DNA from: Pachysolen tannophilus NRRL Y-2460
Taxonomy: Eukaryota
Direction of reading: 5' to 3'
DNA: 64,000 nt
Assembly: GCA_001661245.1 (NCBI GenBank)
Contig: KV454018.1
Location: forward strand, 377,944 to 441,943
A program made the translations under genes and the position numbers. Below the pieces are notes generated by a model, which saw nothing but the letters and a program-made list of their open reading frames with translations, ran no database searches and was not told the origin of the DNA. Below are positions 10,520 through 22,300 of this stretch, piece by piece; within the stretch, counting starts at the first letter, position 1, and the number at the start of each line of letters is the position of its first letter.

Positions 10520-13330
10520 TTAGTTGCCGTTAGCATCACTCTCTTCATTCTCATGCCCTAATGCAGATTCTTTTTCTTCTTGTTCTCCTTCCTCCGCTTC
10601 CTCTAATTCTCCTTGATCATTGTCACTAACTTCCTCTTCGTCCGATTCATCATCATCATCTTCTTCTTCTTCTTCTTCTCCTTCTTCATCGTCTTCTTCG
10701 TCGTCATCGTCGTCGTCTTCATCTTCTTCATCTTCTTCATCTTCCTCTCCTTCATCATCATTTCCAAAAAATTCGTCTAAACTTTGTAAATGATACTTTT
10801 TCGCAGCTCCAGCAGTTACCGAACTTCCACTGCTGCTGCTTAAAGCTGATCTATTCATTCCGTTACTTCCAATCCTATTGAATCTCTCTGGAACTTTGCC
10901 GTTAACCAAATCCGTATTTCCAAATCCAGTACTACTACTACTAGGATTAAAGGTGTTATTATTCTTATTATAAGCCAGCGACGATATACCAGTATTCACA
11001 TTACTATAATCTTTTACTATAACCTCATAATTTCTTACTGAATCCGAAATTGGAGTCGAAGTCCAATGAAAAGTCTTATTGTAAGCTTTCAAAAAACTGT
11101 CCAAATTCGGATCATATTTCAATATATGATTCACTGAACCTAATTTATCTTCCAATGATGAAGCAGATCTTGGTACAGGTTTCTCCAGTTGTAAGATTAA
11201 GCTGCATATATCAATGTTGTTGAGCAATTTTTCCAAAAAATCGTCTTCATCAAAATTTGAAATATTTGTTAAATCCAAAGACGGCAACAATGCATCAAAT
11301 TTTCTTGAGGAATTTCTAATATCTAAAGAATCATCAAATCTAGTGAGATATAAAACATATGAATATAGCTTCAAGAGAGTGCTATTAGCAACTAGCTGGG
11401 ATATCTGACTCGATAATGTAGATTGGGATTGGGATACAAATAATTCATCTGCGTTTTCAAACAGTTGGGGGTTTTGCTTTCTCTGTTGGTAGTTATTTAA
11501 CAAACTTTCGTTGTCTAGCTTCCACTGATATAATTCTTTGCACCACAATTTAGAACTTAACAATAAAATCTCTGATCTAATTCTCGAATTCAGTTCGAAT
11601 TCACCTTCAGCAAGTTCGCCTTCATCATTGTAGTATTGATTTTCTTGATCGTCATTAAACTCATTATGTTTATGTTTTATAAAAGTTTGTAAAATTAACA
11701 TTCTCAAAATATCAGGTAAATATTCATCATATTTTAACAAATTTAAGTTTAAAAATTCCCCCAATAACCAAATAATTGATGATTTTGAAGAATAATTAAA
11801 CCTACTAGAATTGAAAATTAGCTTTGATGATAGTTTTAATAAGGTTTCTAAATGTACGCTTGGGTTTTTCTGAATGATAAATCTGATACACGCTAAATAT
11901 TCGTCTATTAATTGTTTATCTTTAACGTTGTTGTTATTCAACTGAGAGAGACACCATTTTAAGATGCTCGATTGATAATCTTCTAAATGTGATAATTTTG
12001 AACAACTTATCAAAATTGATTTTATTGCTTGTAATTTGATCGGTAATGAAGAAGAATGAATTGAATAATATTTCAATTCTCTTAAGATTGTATTTTTCGT
12101 CTGTTCAGATATCAAATTTGTTAAAATTTTTAATTTTAAAATTGATACATTTACTTTATCCCTTGGAAATAAAAAAAAATGATTAACTGTTTTTTCATAT
12201 AACATTGGGGACAATATCGTTAGTAAATAAATTTCTTGTAAGATATAATAATTCAAGTACGGATCGTGTTTATTCAACAATTTTAAAAGACTTAAATGGA
12301 TTTTGTAATTGCTTATCAAACCAGTAGGTGCTAAATTGATGAAAGCTTTTGCAACTGCCAATATAACAGCAGAAGAATTACTATATGCTAACAATTTCAT
12401 TGAATTTAAGAATTTCATCAAATCGGGATCTATAATATCTTTTTTTACTCCATTGTAATCTTCAACTTCTTGTTGTTGTTGTTCTTGTTCTATTTCGAGA
12501 TTGCTTGGTTTGGAAATAAATTTTTTGCAATAGTTTGTTAGTAAGTCAATTAGAAGAACTTGTGACCAATTTTCTAATTCTGGTAATTTTTTAATAAAAT
12601 GATGAAAATATCCATGAAGAATTTCTAAATTATTTGACAAGATTTGATGGAAAGTTATAATTGCAGAATTCAACACTTTATTATCATTATCTGATAACAA
12701 TGTTTTCAAAAAATCTATCAATTGCTTCAACGTTGCAGATCCTGGCCCATTAAATTGTAATTCTAATTCAAATGTTTTTGATATTGCAATGCAAACAGAT
12801 GATCTAACTAATGAAGATAAATCACTAAGACATTTTTTAATACTTAACACCAAGATTGGAATGATGGCGGCTATTTTAATATTACTAATAATTCTAATTG
12901 ATAACGATCTTATCACAGGATCTTGGTCTAAGATCGATTTTTGAATGGCATTTATTGATAATAGCGCCGTATCTGGTGACAAATAATTGAATCTTGAAAG
13001 ATAAATATAAACCAATTTCTTTATATTCAAATTTGTAGAACTAACATTTTTAATAACATCAGGAAAAAATTGTACCAAATAATTCTCATCTTGCTTATTA
13101 CTTGACATCAATGCCATTATAACTTTTAACCCATTCAATTTCTCTTTATCCAGTCTTGAATTCAATAATTTAATAATCTCTTCAGGTTTCATCGCCAAAT
13201 TTAAAGGCAGAGATAACGATACAGAACTCGGCTGATTCATCGATTCCTGAGCTATCGAAGCAGCCTCTAGGCTGATATCCCTCGCTGATTCCAACAAGTT
13301 GGTTATATTTCTGGTTAAATTCTCAGACAT
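10520..13330 (-). CDS. APL6: AP-3 adaptor complex beta subunit
   Basis: Adaptin N domain (FFPDVIKNV, KKLVYIYL, ALLSINAIQK), LQSLDEFF motif, long acidic tail. Confidence 0.9.
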   Translation of the reverse strand: MSENLTRNITNLLESARDISLEAASIAQESMNQPSSVSLSLPLNLAMKPEEIIKLLNSRLDKEKLNGLKVIMALMSSNKQDENYLVQFFPDVIKNVSSTNLNIKKLVYIYLSRFNYLSPDTALLSINAIQKSILDQDPVIRSLSIRIISNIKIAAIIPILVLSIKKCLSDLSSLVRSSVCIAISKTFELELQFNGPGSATLKQLIDFLKTLLSDNDNKVLNSAIITFHQILSNNLEILHGYFHHFIKKLPELENWSQVLLIDLLTNYCKKFISKPSNLEIEQEQQQQEVEDYNGVKKDIIDPDLMKFLNSMKLLAYSNSSAVILAVAKAFINLAPTGLISNYKIHLSLLKLLNKHDPYLNYYILQEIYLLTILSPMLYEKTVNHFFLFPRDKVNVSILKLKILTNLISEQTKNTILRELKYYSIHSSSLPIKLQAIKSILISCSKLSHLEDYQSSILKWCLSQLNNNNVKDKQLIDEYLACIRFIIQKNPSVHLETLLKLSSKLIFNSSRFNYSSKSSIIWLLGEFLNLNLLKYDEYLPDILRMLILQTFIKHKHNEFNDDQENQYYNDEGELAEGEFELNSRIRSEILLLSSKLWCKELYQWKLDNESLLNNYQQRKQNPQLFENADELFVSQSQSTLSSQISQLVANSTLLKLYSYVLYLTRFDDSLDIRNSSRKFDALLPSLDLTNISNFDEDDFLEKLLNNIDICSLILQLEKPVPRSASSLEDKLGSVNHILKYDPNLDSFLKAYNKTFHWTSTPISDSVRNYEVIVKDYSNVNTGISSLAYNKNNNTFNPSSSSTGFGNTDLVNGKVPERFNRIGSNGMNRSALSSSSGSSVTAGAAKKYHLQSLDEFFGNDDEGEEDEEDEEDEDDDDDDEEDDEEGEEEEEEDDDDESDEEEVSDNDQGELEEAEEGEQEEKESALGHENEESDANGN

Positions 13331-13886
13331 TTCGTGATTCCATCGACTATCAATGAATTATTCAATGAATTATAATAAATGTTTTATAATATTCTTGATC
13401 TTGTTCTTGTTCTTGTTCGTTCAACTTTTTCCGCCTTTTCGTTTGTTTTTTTTTCTAACTTTTTTGTATGATTTTTTTATCGCGGTAAATTTGAAATTCT
13501 CCGCCCAAGGTTCCGCCCAAATTTCCGCCAAAAGTTTTGTCCGTAGTGTAGGCAGCAAAAAGAAGGGAAGCTTCATTAGGCGGTGACTTGACTTACTAGG
13601 CGGCGGTGGAACATTAGGGCAGCAGAGCGGTAGAACGGCTAGAGTTTTGCCGGAGTTTCTTTTAAAGGGTTTCCTGATAATCAAGCAATAAAAATAAGCG
13701 CTACCAAAGAAACGGTATATAACCATTTGTCTTGGAACAAACCTTGGAACAGACCTTGAAAGAGACAGACACCTCTCCTTGCGGTGATTTAGGTTAAAGC
13801 TTTATTATCGAAAAGAACTTTATTCTTTATTTTGGTGGTATCGTTGATAGCAAAGAGCGATGGATTTTTTAATATACAAATGTGAC

Positions 13887-13901
13887 TTCCCAGTTGGGAA
13901 A
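13887..13901. promoter_or_regulatory. Mcm1/MADS-type site TTCC-N6-GGAAA upstream of the ELM1-like kinase
   Basis: TTCCCAGTTGGGAAA about 110 bp before ATG 14008, just upstream of a (TA)n/TATA tract. Confidence 0.45.
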
Positions 13902-14007
13902 GAAATTTAATCAATAAATAGTATATATATATATATATATATATTTAATTATATTTAAAAGAAGTAGAGGATAATAGGAGAATTTCAAGCTATTGGGATG
14001 CTTATGG

Positions 14008-15651
14008 ATGATGAGTGGATCTTCAAGGAATTCTGGAAGTTCTAGCTTATCAAGTTTTAAAATAATTAAAAAATTAGGGAAGGGAAGATTTAGTAAAGTT
14101 GTATTAGCTAAGAGTAATGATGAAAAATTGTATGCTATTAAAATTATAAGTCAAGTAGATAAGCCGAGTATTGCTCATCAGGGTTATAATGCTATAGCTA
14201 GTATAAAGAATGAGGTTATGATTATGGGGGTTTTAAATAAATATAATCACGCTAATATTTTGAGATTGTTTGATGTTATTGATGATACAGAACGCGCAAA
14301 GACTTTTTTAGTATTGGAATACTGTTGTAATGGAGAATTGTCTTTGTCTAACTTGAGATCTATAAGTTCCCTGTTAAATATATTTAGGTCTATTTTGAAT
14401 GGGTTAGAATTTTTACATCTTAATGAAATAATACATAGGGATATTAAACCTTCAAATTTATTGATAGATTATTCTGGTACGGTGAAAATTGCAGATTTTG
14501 GTATATCTTATAGACAAACTGGTAATGATATTGAAGATCAAACAGAGTTGAACAGATTTGTTAGTACTCCTTTATTTATACCGCCAGAGTTGTGTCCATG
14601 TGATACAGAAGATGATAAGAAACGGAATTTAAAGAAAAAAACAAAACATAAGATTGATTTTAAAATTGATGTTTGGGCTTTAGGTATTACGTTTTATTAT
14701 TTTATATTTCATCAATATCCATTTTATAATGAAAATAAGTTTAAATTATTTCATTGTATTGTTAATGATAAATTAAAATTTTTAAATATGATGGATTGTC
14801 CCATTTTCAACAACACAGAAGAAGATTATTTTTATAGTCACGGAGAGAAAATCATGTTATTTACCAAGTTATGTGATTTATTAACTAAGATGTTAAATAA
14901 AAATCCAACAAAGAGAATATCAAGTTTTAATTTGAAAAAAAATGAATGTCTCTTATTTGATTTAAAAAATTCACTGTCTCGCAATGAATATATCGAGTCC
15001 AATTTTAAATTATTAAATCGTGAATGTACTGAATTGAAACATTCTCATGGAATATGGAAGAAATTAATACATGGAAGGAAAAAAACTAACCAATTATTAC
15101 ACCATTCTAATGCTGATCCTCAAATATCCGCACCTAAACTATTAGGACCGCAAACTCAAATGTTGTTGTTCAATGACAATGCAAAATTATTGATGAATTT
15201 AAGTAGTTCCACTGTCGGCAGTTCGAGCGATGACGACCAGAACTGCATGGATACGTCGTGTTCCTCATCATCTGCATCAACATCTCTTCAAGCCCTGAAT
15301 ATCATATCCAAAGACTCTGTGCTACCTGCTAAAACTAACAAGAGTACTAACAACAATACCACCACTACTACGGCTACTACTACAAGCAGCAACGTGGGCA
15401 GCAGCGTGGGTGGTGGTAGTGCCGGTGGTAGTGTCGGAACTGGACCCATACTTGGGCATGAGCACAGTTTTGGAACTGGTGTCAGCCTTAGTGGTAGTAC
15501 CAGCACCGGATCTACTACCTTATCTAGCTCAAAGAGAATCACAAATCTCAATTTGCTAATCAACAATAAAACAACCACAGAAAACACAAAAGTGCCCAGA
15601 CAACAAAAACACCAATTCCAAGACCTCTCAGCCTATATAGAACGCCTATAG
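14008..15651 (+). CDS. Ser/Thr kinase of the Elm1/Sak1/Tos3 (CaMKK-like) family, most like Elm1
   Basis: GKGRFSKV, YAIK, VIDD...FLVLEYC..GEL, HRDIKPSNLL, KIADFG, STPLFIPPE, IDVWALG; low-complexity tail; first ATG at 14008. Confidence 0.75.
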   Translation: MMSGSSRNSGSSSLSSFKIIKKLGKGRFSKVVLAKSNDEKLYAIKIISQVDKPSIAHQGYNAIASIKNEVMIMGVLNKYNHANILRLFDVIDDTERAKTFLVLEYCCNGELSLSNLRSISSLLNIFRSILNGLEFLHLNEIIHRDIKPSNLLIDYSGTVKIADFGISYRQTGNDIEDQTELNRFVSTPLFIPPELCPCDTEDDKKRNLKKKTKHKIDFKIDVWALGITFYYFIFHQYPFYNENKFKLFHCIVNDKLKFLNMMDCPIFNNTEEDYFYSHGEKIMLFTKLCDLLTKMLNKNPTKRISSFNLKKNECLLFDLKNSLSRNEYIESNFKLLNRECTELKHSHGIWKKLIHGRKKTNQLLHHSNADPQISAPKLLGPQTQMLLFNDNAKLLMNLSSSTVGSSSDDDQNCMDTSCSSSSASTSLQALNIISKDSVLPAKTNKSTNNNTTTTTATTTSSNVGSSVGGGSAGGSVGTGPILGHEHSFGTGVSLSGSTSTGSTTLSSSKRITNLNLLINNKTTTENTKVPRQQKHQFQDLSAYIERL

Positions 15652-16419
15652 ATATCTAATAACATTCTGGACTTTGCATCTGGACTTGAACATGGGAAAT
15701 GGCCTCATCAGTAGTAATACATCCATCTATCAATCTCTTCTATATATATATATATATGTAAAAGAAACCTTCTTATTGGTGGTGCGGGGTGTTAACAGGC
15801 AGACAGGCGGACAAAGAGACAAACAGAAAGTCCGTCGTGTGGCACCTACTAAGTGACCCAATTAGGAAATACAATTTGCAGTTTGTTATTTTCAACTTCA
15901 CTTCAAAAAAAGAAAAATCTCTTAACAAAAACAGAAATCTCAGCGGTATAAATTATATTAAAACGGTATTTTGTTAATATTATAAATAAATTGATGATTA
16001 CAAGAATTTAAGATATATAACCAAGCAGAGATTTAATTTTATCTATATTTGTCCGTTTTTGCAATTTGCTTTTATGACATTCTTTTTTTCTTTTTTCTTT
16101 TTTTTGCCTTTTTTCTTTTTTCTTTTCGTTATTTGGTTTTCAGTTTTTTTTAAGCGCTATTGATTTCCCAAGTAAATTTTATTAGTTGAAAATAATTTCT
16201 CTTATTGTTATTTTTGTGGTTTAATTTGTTTTAAATTATTAAAATTATAAAAATAATTTTTTTTAGAGCAAAAAAAATAAAATTAGAAAAATAGACAAAT
16301 AGAGGAATCAGTAGAATCAGAAGAATCAGTTGGAGAGTGTGTGTGTGTGAGAAAAGCGCTGTAGAAGAAGTTATAGAGGGTTGTTGTTATATTAAAAAAA
16401 TAGGCATATAAATCTTAGA

Positions 16420-18924
16420 ATGTTGGATTTTATGAGTGGCCATATAAATGATGATAATAAAGATCTGCTGCATGTACAGCAAAATGAAGAAAGAGAGACT
16501 CTTTTGAAAAAACAAAAACTGAAATTAGCACAGGCAGAAGAGAGTTTGACATTCAAAGTGCCGAAAACAAATAATAATGTATTAAACGTTTTTCCGAATA
16601 CCGTGAGGAATACCGCTCCTACTGCGACTGCCACTACTGCCACTACTGCTACTACTGCTACTACTACGAATACCACTGCTGCTGCTAGTACTACTACTAC
16701 TGCTACTACGAATGCCACCGTTGCCGCTGATAGTAATGGCAATGGAAATTTAAAGATTAGAAAACACTCTTCGGATTCATCAAATAATCAAAGCACAAAT
16801 AATCCTCCAACTCCAGTGTCTTCGGCGAGATATACCCCTGATGGCACCTGTGAATTGGCTGATTTAACTTCACCGAGCAGTCTTGAAGAAGATTTATCCA
16901 ATAATAATAATAATAATAACAGTAATAATAACAATAGTGGGAACAGTAATGGTGGTGGAAATGTCCGTAACGAGAAAATTTCTAGTGTTAATTATACCTC
17001 TGTGAATAATGATAACGATAACGATAACGACAATAGTAACAATCATAATAATAACAATAACAATAACAATAACAATAACATTAACAATAACATTAACAAT
17101 AATAATAATAATAATATCAGTCATAGTGGTACTGCCAAAAGCAATCAAGTTGAATCGTCGTTATCAATTCAAAGTAGTAATACAATACTAGCAACAAAAG
17201 AAAATATTACTCTTCCCGATGTCATTAAAAATGAGGCTCTTAATAAAAATGGCATTGGTGAAAACTTGAGTAATAACAATACAAAAATCCCTCAGATAGA
17301 AGAGCCTATCCAAGAAGATTTCTTACTTGTTCCACCAATTTCAACAGAAATTCTGAATAGTACAAGTGAAAATTCATCAACATTATCTCAAAACAATAAA
17401 GATTCAAGATTAAAACCTCCATTTTTTAAATCAGGGCATTCAAATACATCCATAACTACTCATAGAAGATATACATCACCTTCAGCTAATGCATCTTCAA
17501 CTAATATAAGTCATAGAGGAAGTGTATCTTCAACTTCATCCAAGAATTTTTTTAAACCAAAGGCAACAAGACATTCAACTTTTCCACTATCTAATGATCG
17601 AGCTAATAGCGTTAGTAAAAACAATAGTGATAGTGCGACAAATATACTAGATCTGAATGATAATGCCTCTATAGCTACAGAAATTAAAAAGATGAGAAAT
17701 TCCATTGTTGCCAAAAGAGAAATTAAAAAAAAACGTAAAGAATTCTTGGAAGATGAAAGAGTGTTGGTTGGTAATAAAGTAGATGAAGGACACCAAAACT
17801 ATGTTATGGCTTATAACATGTTGACTGGTATACGTGTTTCGGTTTCTAGATGTTCAGGAATTCAAAAACCTTTAACTCTGAATGATTTTCAAGCAACAAA
17901 AAAATTAGCATTTGATATAGATGGCACTGAATTAACTCCTTCTTCAAAATATGATTTCAAGTTTAAAGATTATGCACCAGAAGTGTTCAGGGAATTGAGA
18001 TCTTTATTTGGTCTAGACCCTGCCGATTATTTAATGTCATTAACTTCAAAATATATTTTATCCGAGTTGGGTTCACCTGGTAAAAGTGGCTCTTTTTTTT
18101 ATTATTCAAGAGATTATAGATTTATTATAAAGACAATTCATCATTCAGAGCATAAACAATTAAGAAGAATATTACCAGAATATTTTAAACATATAAAGAA
18201 TAACCCTAATACATTTGTTTCTCAATTTTATGGACTTCATAGATTGAAAATGCCTTTTACAAAATCAAATGGTGTTAGAAAAGTTCATTTCATCGTCATG
18301 AATAATCTTTTCCCTCCAAGTAAGGATATTGATCGCCAATATGATTTAAAAGGCTCGACGGATGGTAGATATACAAACGAAAAAAAGGAAAAATCTCGTG
18401 GGAAAAAATCTATAGTTTATAAAGATTTAAACTGGTTAGAAAAACATCAAAAAATTACATTAACTCCACTGGATAATCTTACCGTGACTGCACAGTTAAA
18501 AAAAGATGTTGAATTATTACAAAGATTAAATATAATGGACTATTCCTTATTGATTGGAATACATAATATCACAAATTCCACTGAGGAAGATGAAACTAGA
18601 GCAAGACGATTCTCTGTTTTCCATCCACCAAATCCTGGTTCCGTATCTTCTACTATTCCTCAACTGATGAAACTTGATGATGTTGATGCTGCTGTGGCTG
18701 CAGAACTTGAGACTTCTGGAATAGAGTCTGTGGATCACAAACATATTTATTACGTTGGTATTATAGACTGTTTAACAAAATATTCAACAATGAAAAGATT
18801 GGAAACTGTAATGAGAAAGCTAAACCGTTCGAAAAATTTTAGCTGTATCAATGCAAAGGAGTATGGTAACAGATTTTTAAAATTTATTGGTGAAAATGTG
18901 TTTATTAAGGATAAGATAGATTAA
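16420..18924 (+). CDS. MSS4: Phosphatidylinositol-4-phosphate 5-kinase
   Basis: [50 protein letters not shown]; long Asn/Thr-rich N-terminus. Confidence 0.95.
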   Translation: MLDFMSGHINDDNKDLLHVQQNEERETLLKKQKLKLAQAEESLTFKVPKTNNNVLNVFPNTVRNTAPTATATTATTATTATTTNTTAAASTTTTATTNATVAADSNGNGNLKIRKHSSDSSNNQSTNNPPTPVSSARYTPDGTCELADLTSPSSLEEDLSNNNNNNNSNNNNSGNSNGGGNVRNEKISSVNYTSVNNDNDNDNDNSNNHNNNNNNNNNNNINNNINNNNNNNISHSGTAKSNQVESSLSIQSSNTILATKENITLPDVIKNEALNKNGIGENLSNNNTKIPQIEEPIQEDFLLVPPISTEILNSTSENSSTLSQNNKDSRLKPPFFKSGHSNTSITTHRRYTSPSANASSTNISHRGSVSSTSSKNFFKPKATRHSTFPLSNDRANSVSKNNSDSATNILDLNDNASIATEIKKMRNSIVAKREIKKKRKEFLEDERVLVGNKVDEGHQNYVMAYNMLTGIRVSVSRCSGIQKPLTLNDFQATKKLAFDIDGTELTPSSKYDFKFKDYAPEVFRELRSLFGLDPADYLMSLTSKYILSELGSPGKSGSFFYYSRDYRFIIKTIHHSEHKQLRRILPEYFKHIKNNPNTFVSQFYGLHRLKMPFTKSNGVRKVHFIVMNNLFPPSKDIDRQYDLKGSTDGRYTNEKKEKSRGKKSIVYKDLNWLEKHQKITLTPLDNLTVTAQLKKDVELLQRLNIMDYSLLIGIHNITNSTEEDETRARRFSVFHPPNPGSVSSTIPQLMKLDDVDAAVAAELETSGIESVDHKHIYYVGIIDCLTKYSTMKRLETVMRKLNRSKNFSCINAKEYGNRFLKFIGENVFIKDKID

Positions 18925-19337
18925 TGCGGGTTTATAATTAATTATGTGTTACTTTTTTTTTTTTTTTTTTTTTTTTTTATTTATTATTATTATTATTTTG
19001 ATTAATTATATGTTGTGTATGGGCTTGGTAAACATACTAATGGTCTATTTTTAATTGTATATTATATATATTTGTATTCAATGGCTTAGAATATTCAAAA
19101 TTTTAAAATTATCAACGGCTAGATTTTGTTAAAAGCGTTTAAAACAAGAATGTTTCTATTTTCATTGACGGTTCCCATGTTTTTTTAAAAAATTAACTAT
19201 TCTTGATTTACCGTTAAATGCAGTTTATTTACAAAAAGTTAATTATGTACAAACGTCGTAACGTTAAAAGTTAAGATAATATATATGTATAAATATATAT
19301 ATATATCTATATGCAAAGCAAATCAAAAGAAAAAGTT

Positions 19338-22300
19338 TTAGTGAAGGGTCTTAATAAAATTGTCCAAATTATATTCATCTTCATACTGAGCAGTATCCCA
19401 TAATTCTCCTAACTCACCAACAGCTGCACCTGCCGTACCTCCTAATCCCGCTTCATCCAAAGCTTCTGATTTTTCATCACCATTATCATCACCTTTTTCA
19501 TCCTTTCCTGAAGAACCTTGGTTGGAATCTGTGACTTCAAACAAATCTAACAATTGATTGGTATCCATAGACGATAATCCTGTATTTTGCTGATTAACAA
19601 TGGTGGAAGCAATGTTCATCTTGAATTTTTGCAACCCCATAATTTTCTCTTCCAATGTATTTTTAGTAATTAATCTATAAACATTAACAACTTTTTTCTG
19701 TCCTAATCTATGAGCTCTATCCATCGCTTGTAAATCGTTCATCGGATTCCAATCATGTTCCACAAAGATGACAGTATCAGCACCTGTTAGGTTAAGACCA
19801 AGACCACCAACTTTCGTAGTCAATAATAACACATCAATTGAAGGATCCTCGTTGAACTTACGAACAATCTTTTGTCTATCTCTCGGATCTGTACTTCCAT
19901 CTAATCTCATGTAAGTCACTGATGGCATATATTTTTTGAATAAATCATTTTCAACCATATCCAACATGTCCTTCAACTGGCAGAATATTAAAACCCTATG
20001 CTGACTGATAACACTTTCTGCGGAAGCTATTAATTGTTGTTGTTGTTGCCTTTGTTTTGAATCATTTACAGATGATACTGAATTATTACCTATTCCACAT
20101 TCCAATAACAAAGTTTGTAAGGACTGTAATTTAGGAGCATGTCTTATATCTCTAATGTCCATATTAGACTCCTTTAAGTATTGCATAACTTGATTATATT
20201 GAGGGTGATTTGGAGTGACCACTAATGCTGGATGATTACATAATTTTCTCATGTACTGTAATGCCTGGAAAATATGTTGTTTTCCTTCGGTAGCACCCTC
20301 GGTTGTAATGTCTTTCTCTACTTCAGTTTTCTGCTTCTTTGCAAAATATCTGTATAGCTGCTTCTGCAAATCACTTAATTCACAGTAATAATCTTGAATG
20401 ATCTTAGGAGGTAAATCTGATAAAACCTCTTCTTTCAATCTTCTCAACATGAACGGTAAAGTTTGTCTATGTAACGATTCCAATGCCAATGCACCAGCTT
20501 CTTGTTCCTTTGAAGAAGTCTTACTGTTCCTACTAGCAGCAATTGGCTTCGCAAATTTATCCTGGAAAACTTTTTCGCTACCTAAAAATCCAGGCATCAA
20601 GAAATCGAACAAAGACCATAACTCTAAAACATTATTCTGTATAGGGGTACCTGACAAAATTAATCTATGATTTGCTCTGATCCGCTTGACTGCCTTTGAT
20701 AATTTCGTCGAAGAGTTTTTAATAATATGACCTTCATCCAATACGCAATAATTATAATCATATTTACTTATAAAATCGACATCATTACGTGCAACATCGT
20801 AAGAAGTAACAATAATATCTGATTCATTAAACCCTGATCTTAATTGTAATCTCACTGAAGGACCTCCGGCATATACTAAAACTGATAATTTAGGAGCATA
20901 TTGATTTATTTCCTGCTCCCAATGGCCAGTTAATGATGGAGGACATATAATCAAAGAAGGCAATTTTCTTGATTCCACTGAATGTGTCTTATTATATTCT
21001 TCATCCCTTAAATGATGATCACTTGCCACTATACAAATGGTTTGCAAAGTTTTACCCAAACCCATATCATCACATAAAATACCGTGCAAGTGATATCTAT
21101 TCAAAAATGCCAACCAATTAACACCTTCCTGTTGATAACGACGTAAAGTGGCATTTATAGAAACGGGTAAATCAAATGGCTTAATCTTTGATGGGTCCAT
21201 CATTTGCTGAATAAACTCTCTTTCCCGATCTCTACCTTCCAACAACTCTTGAGGCATGTCTGGTGGATCCGGAATACCGGCTTCCAATGGAACCAATTTA
21301 ATGATAGATGCAAAGGTCGTAGGTGCCAATACACGAATATCAGGGTCAGAATCACTCATTCTTCCCAAGACAGGAACTATCAAAAATACAACATAAGGTA
21401 ATATATCGCTACCCATTGCTTGTGATAAATGATAAATGCACTCAATAGCACCTTGGCGCTCTCTTTTATCACCTGCGTTATTTAGCATTGGTAATACAAA
21501 CTTAACCAAATATGGGAAAATTTTAGAAGGTACAGTTGCACAAAACGCAGATAAAAATTTAGAAGCTGAATACCTAAATACAGAAAACTGCGATTTCAAT
21601 CCTGATACAAAAAATGGTAATTTTTCTAAAATAACATCATATAATTTTGGATCTAATTTCGGTATCAAAGTTTTCAATATTCCCAAAGCATCCACAACTG
21701 ATTGACCTGTACTATTTCCATTGTTTTCAACCTTAAAAACGACATCATCCAGTGACTTGTCCAATAATGACAAGGAATCAATCATTATTTCTTTTAATCT
21801 TGGAACTTCTTCAAAAATTTTGTCTTGATATATCTCCAAAAATCTTTCCAAGGCAAACTTAGCTCCTCTTCTCTTTATTTTAGCTTCATGACTTGATTTT
21901 TCAAATGCCGCGATATCAACAGGATCAGTACTAGCTTCTTCTTTTCTCAAAGATAAAATGATATCAAAAAATTCTCTGTTTGGTTGAAATTCAGGAACTT
22001 CAGAAGTATCAACACATAAAAATCCACATAAATTCTTGATAATTTTATCCGAAGAAACTTTCTTTCCAACTTTATTTAACTCTAATGCCAAATTACATAT
22101 AGCTTCTGCTGATCTTTTTTGTAATAATTCTTGATTTTCTAATTTAACACTATCCATAAGAGCTCTAATAATTGAATTTAATTTTTTAGGAAGTTCATTC
22201 AACAGTACAACGGCGGCAGCATAGGAAGCCAAGATACTAGTGCTTCTTTCTGCTTTGGCCAGCAATGAAACATCAATTGCTAATTGAACTCTTCCTTTAG

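Noticed and set aside
13353..13726. Short ORFs between APL6 and the kinase
   Set aside because: Promoter sequence with poly-T/A-derived composition and no recognisable domain
16392..17191. Hydrophobic Val/Ile/Thr-rich short ORFs
   Set aside because: Shadows of the Thr/Ala and Asn repeats in MSS4
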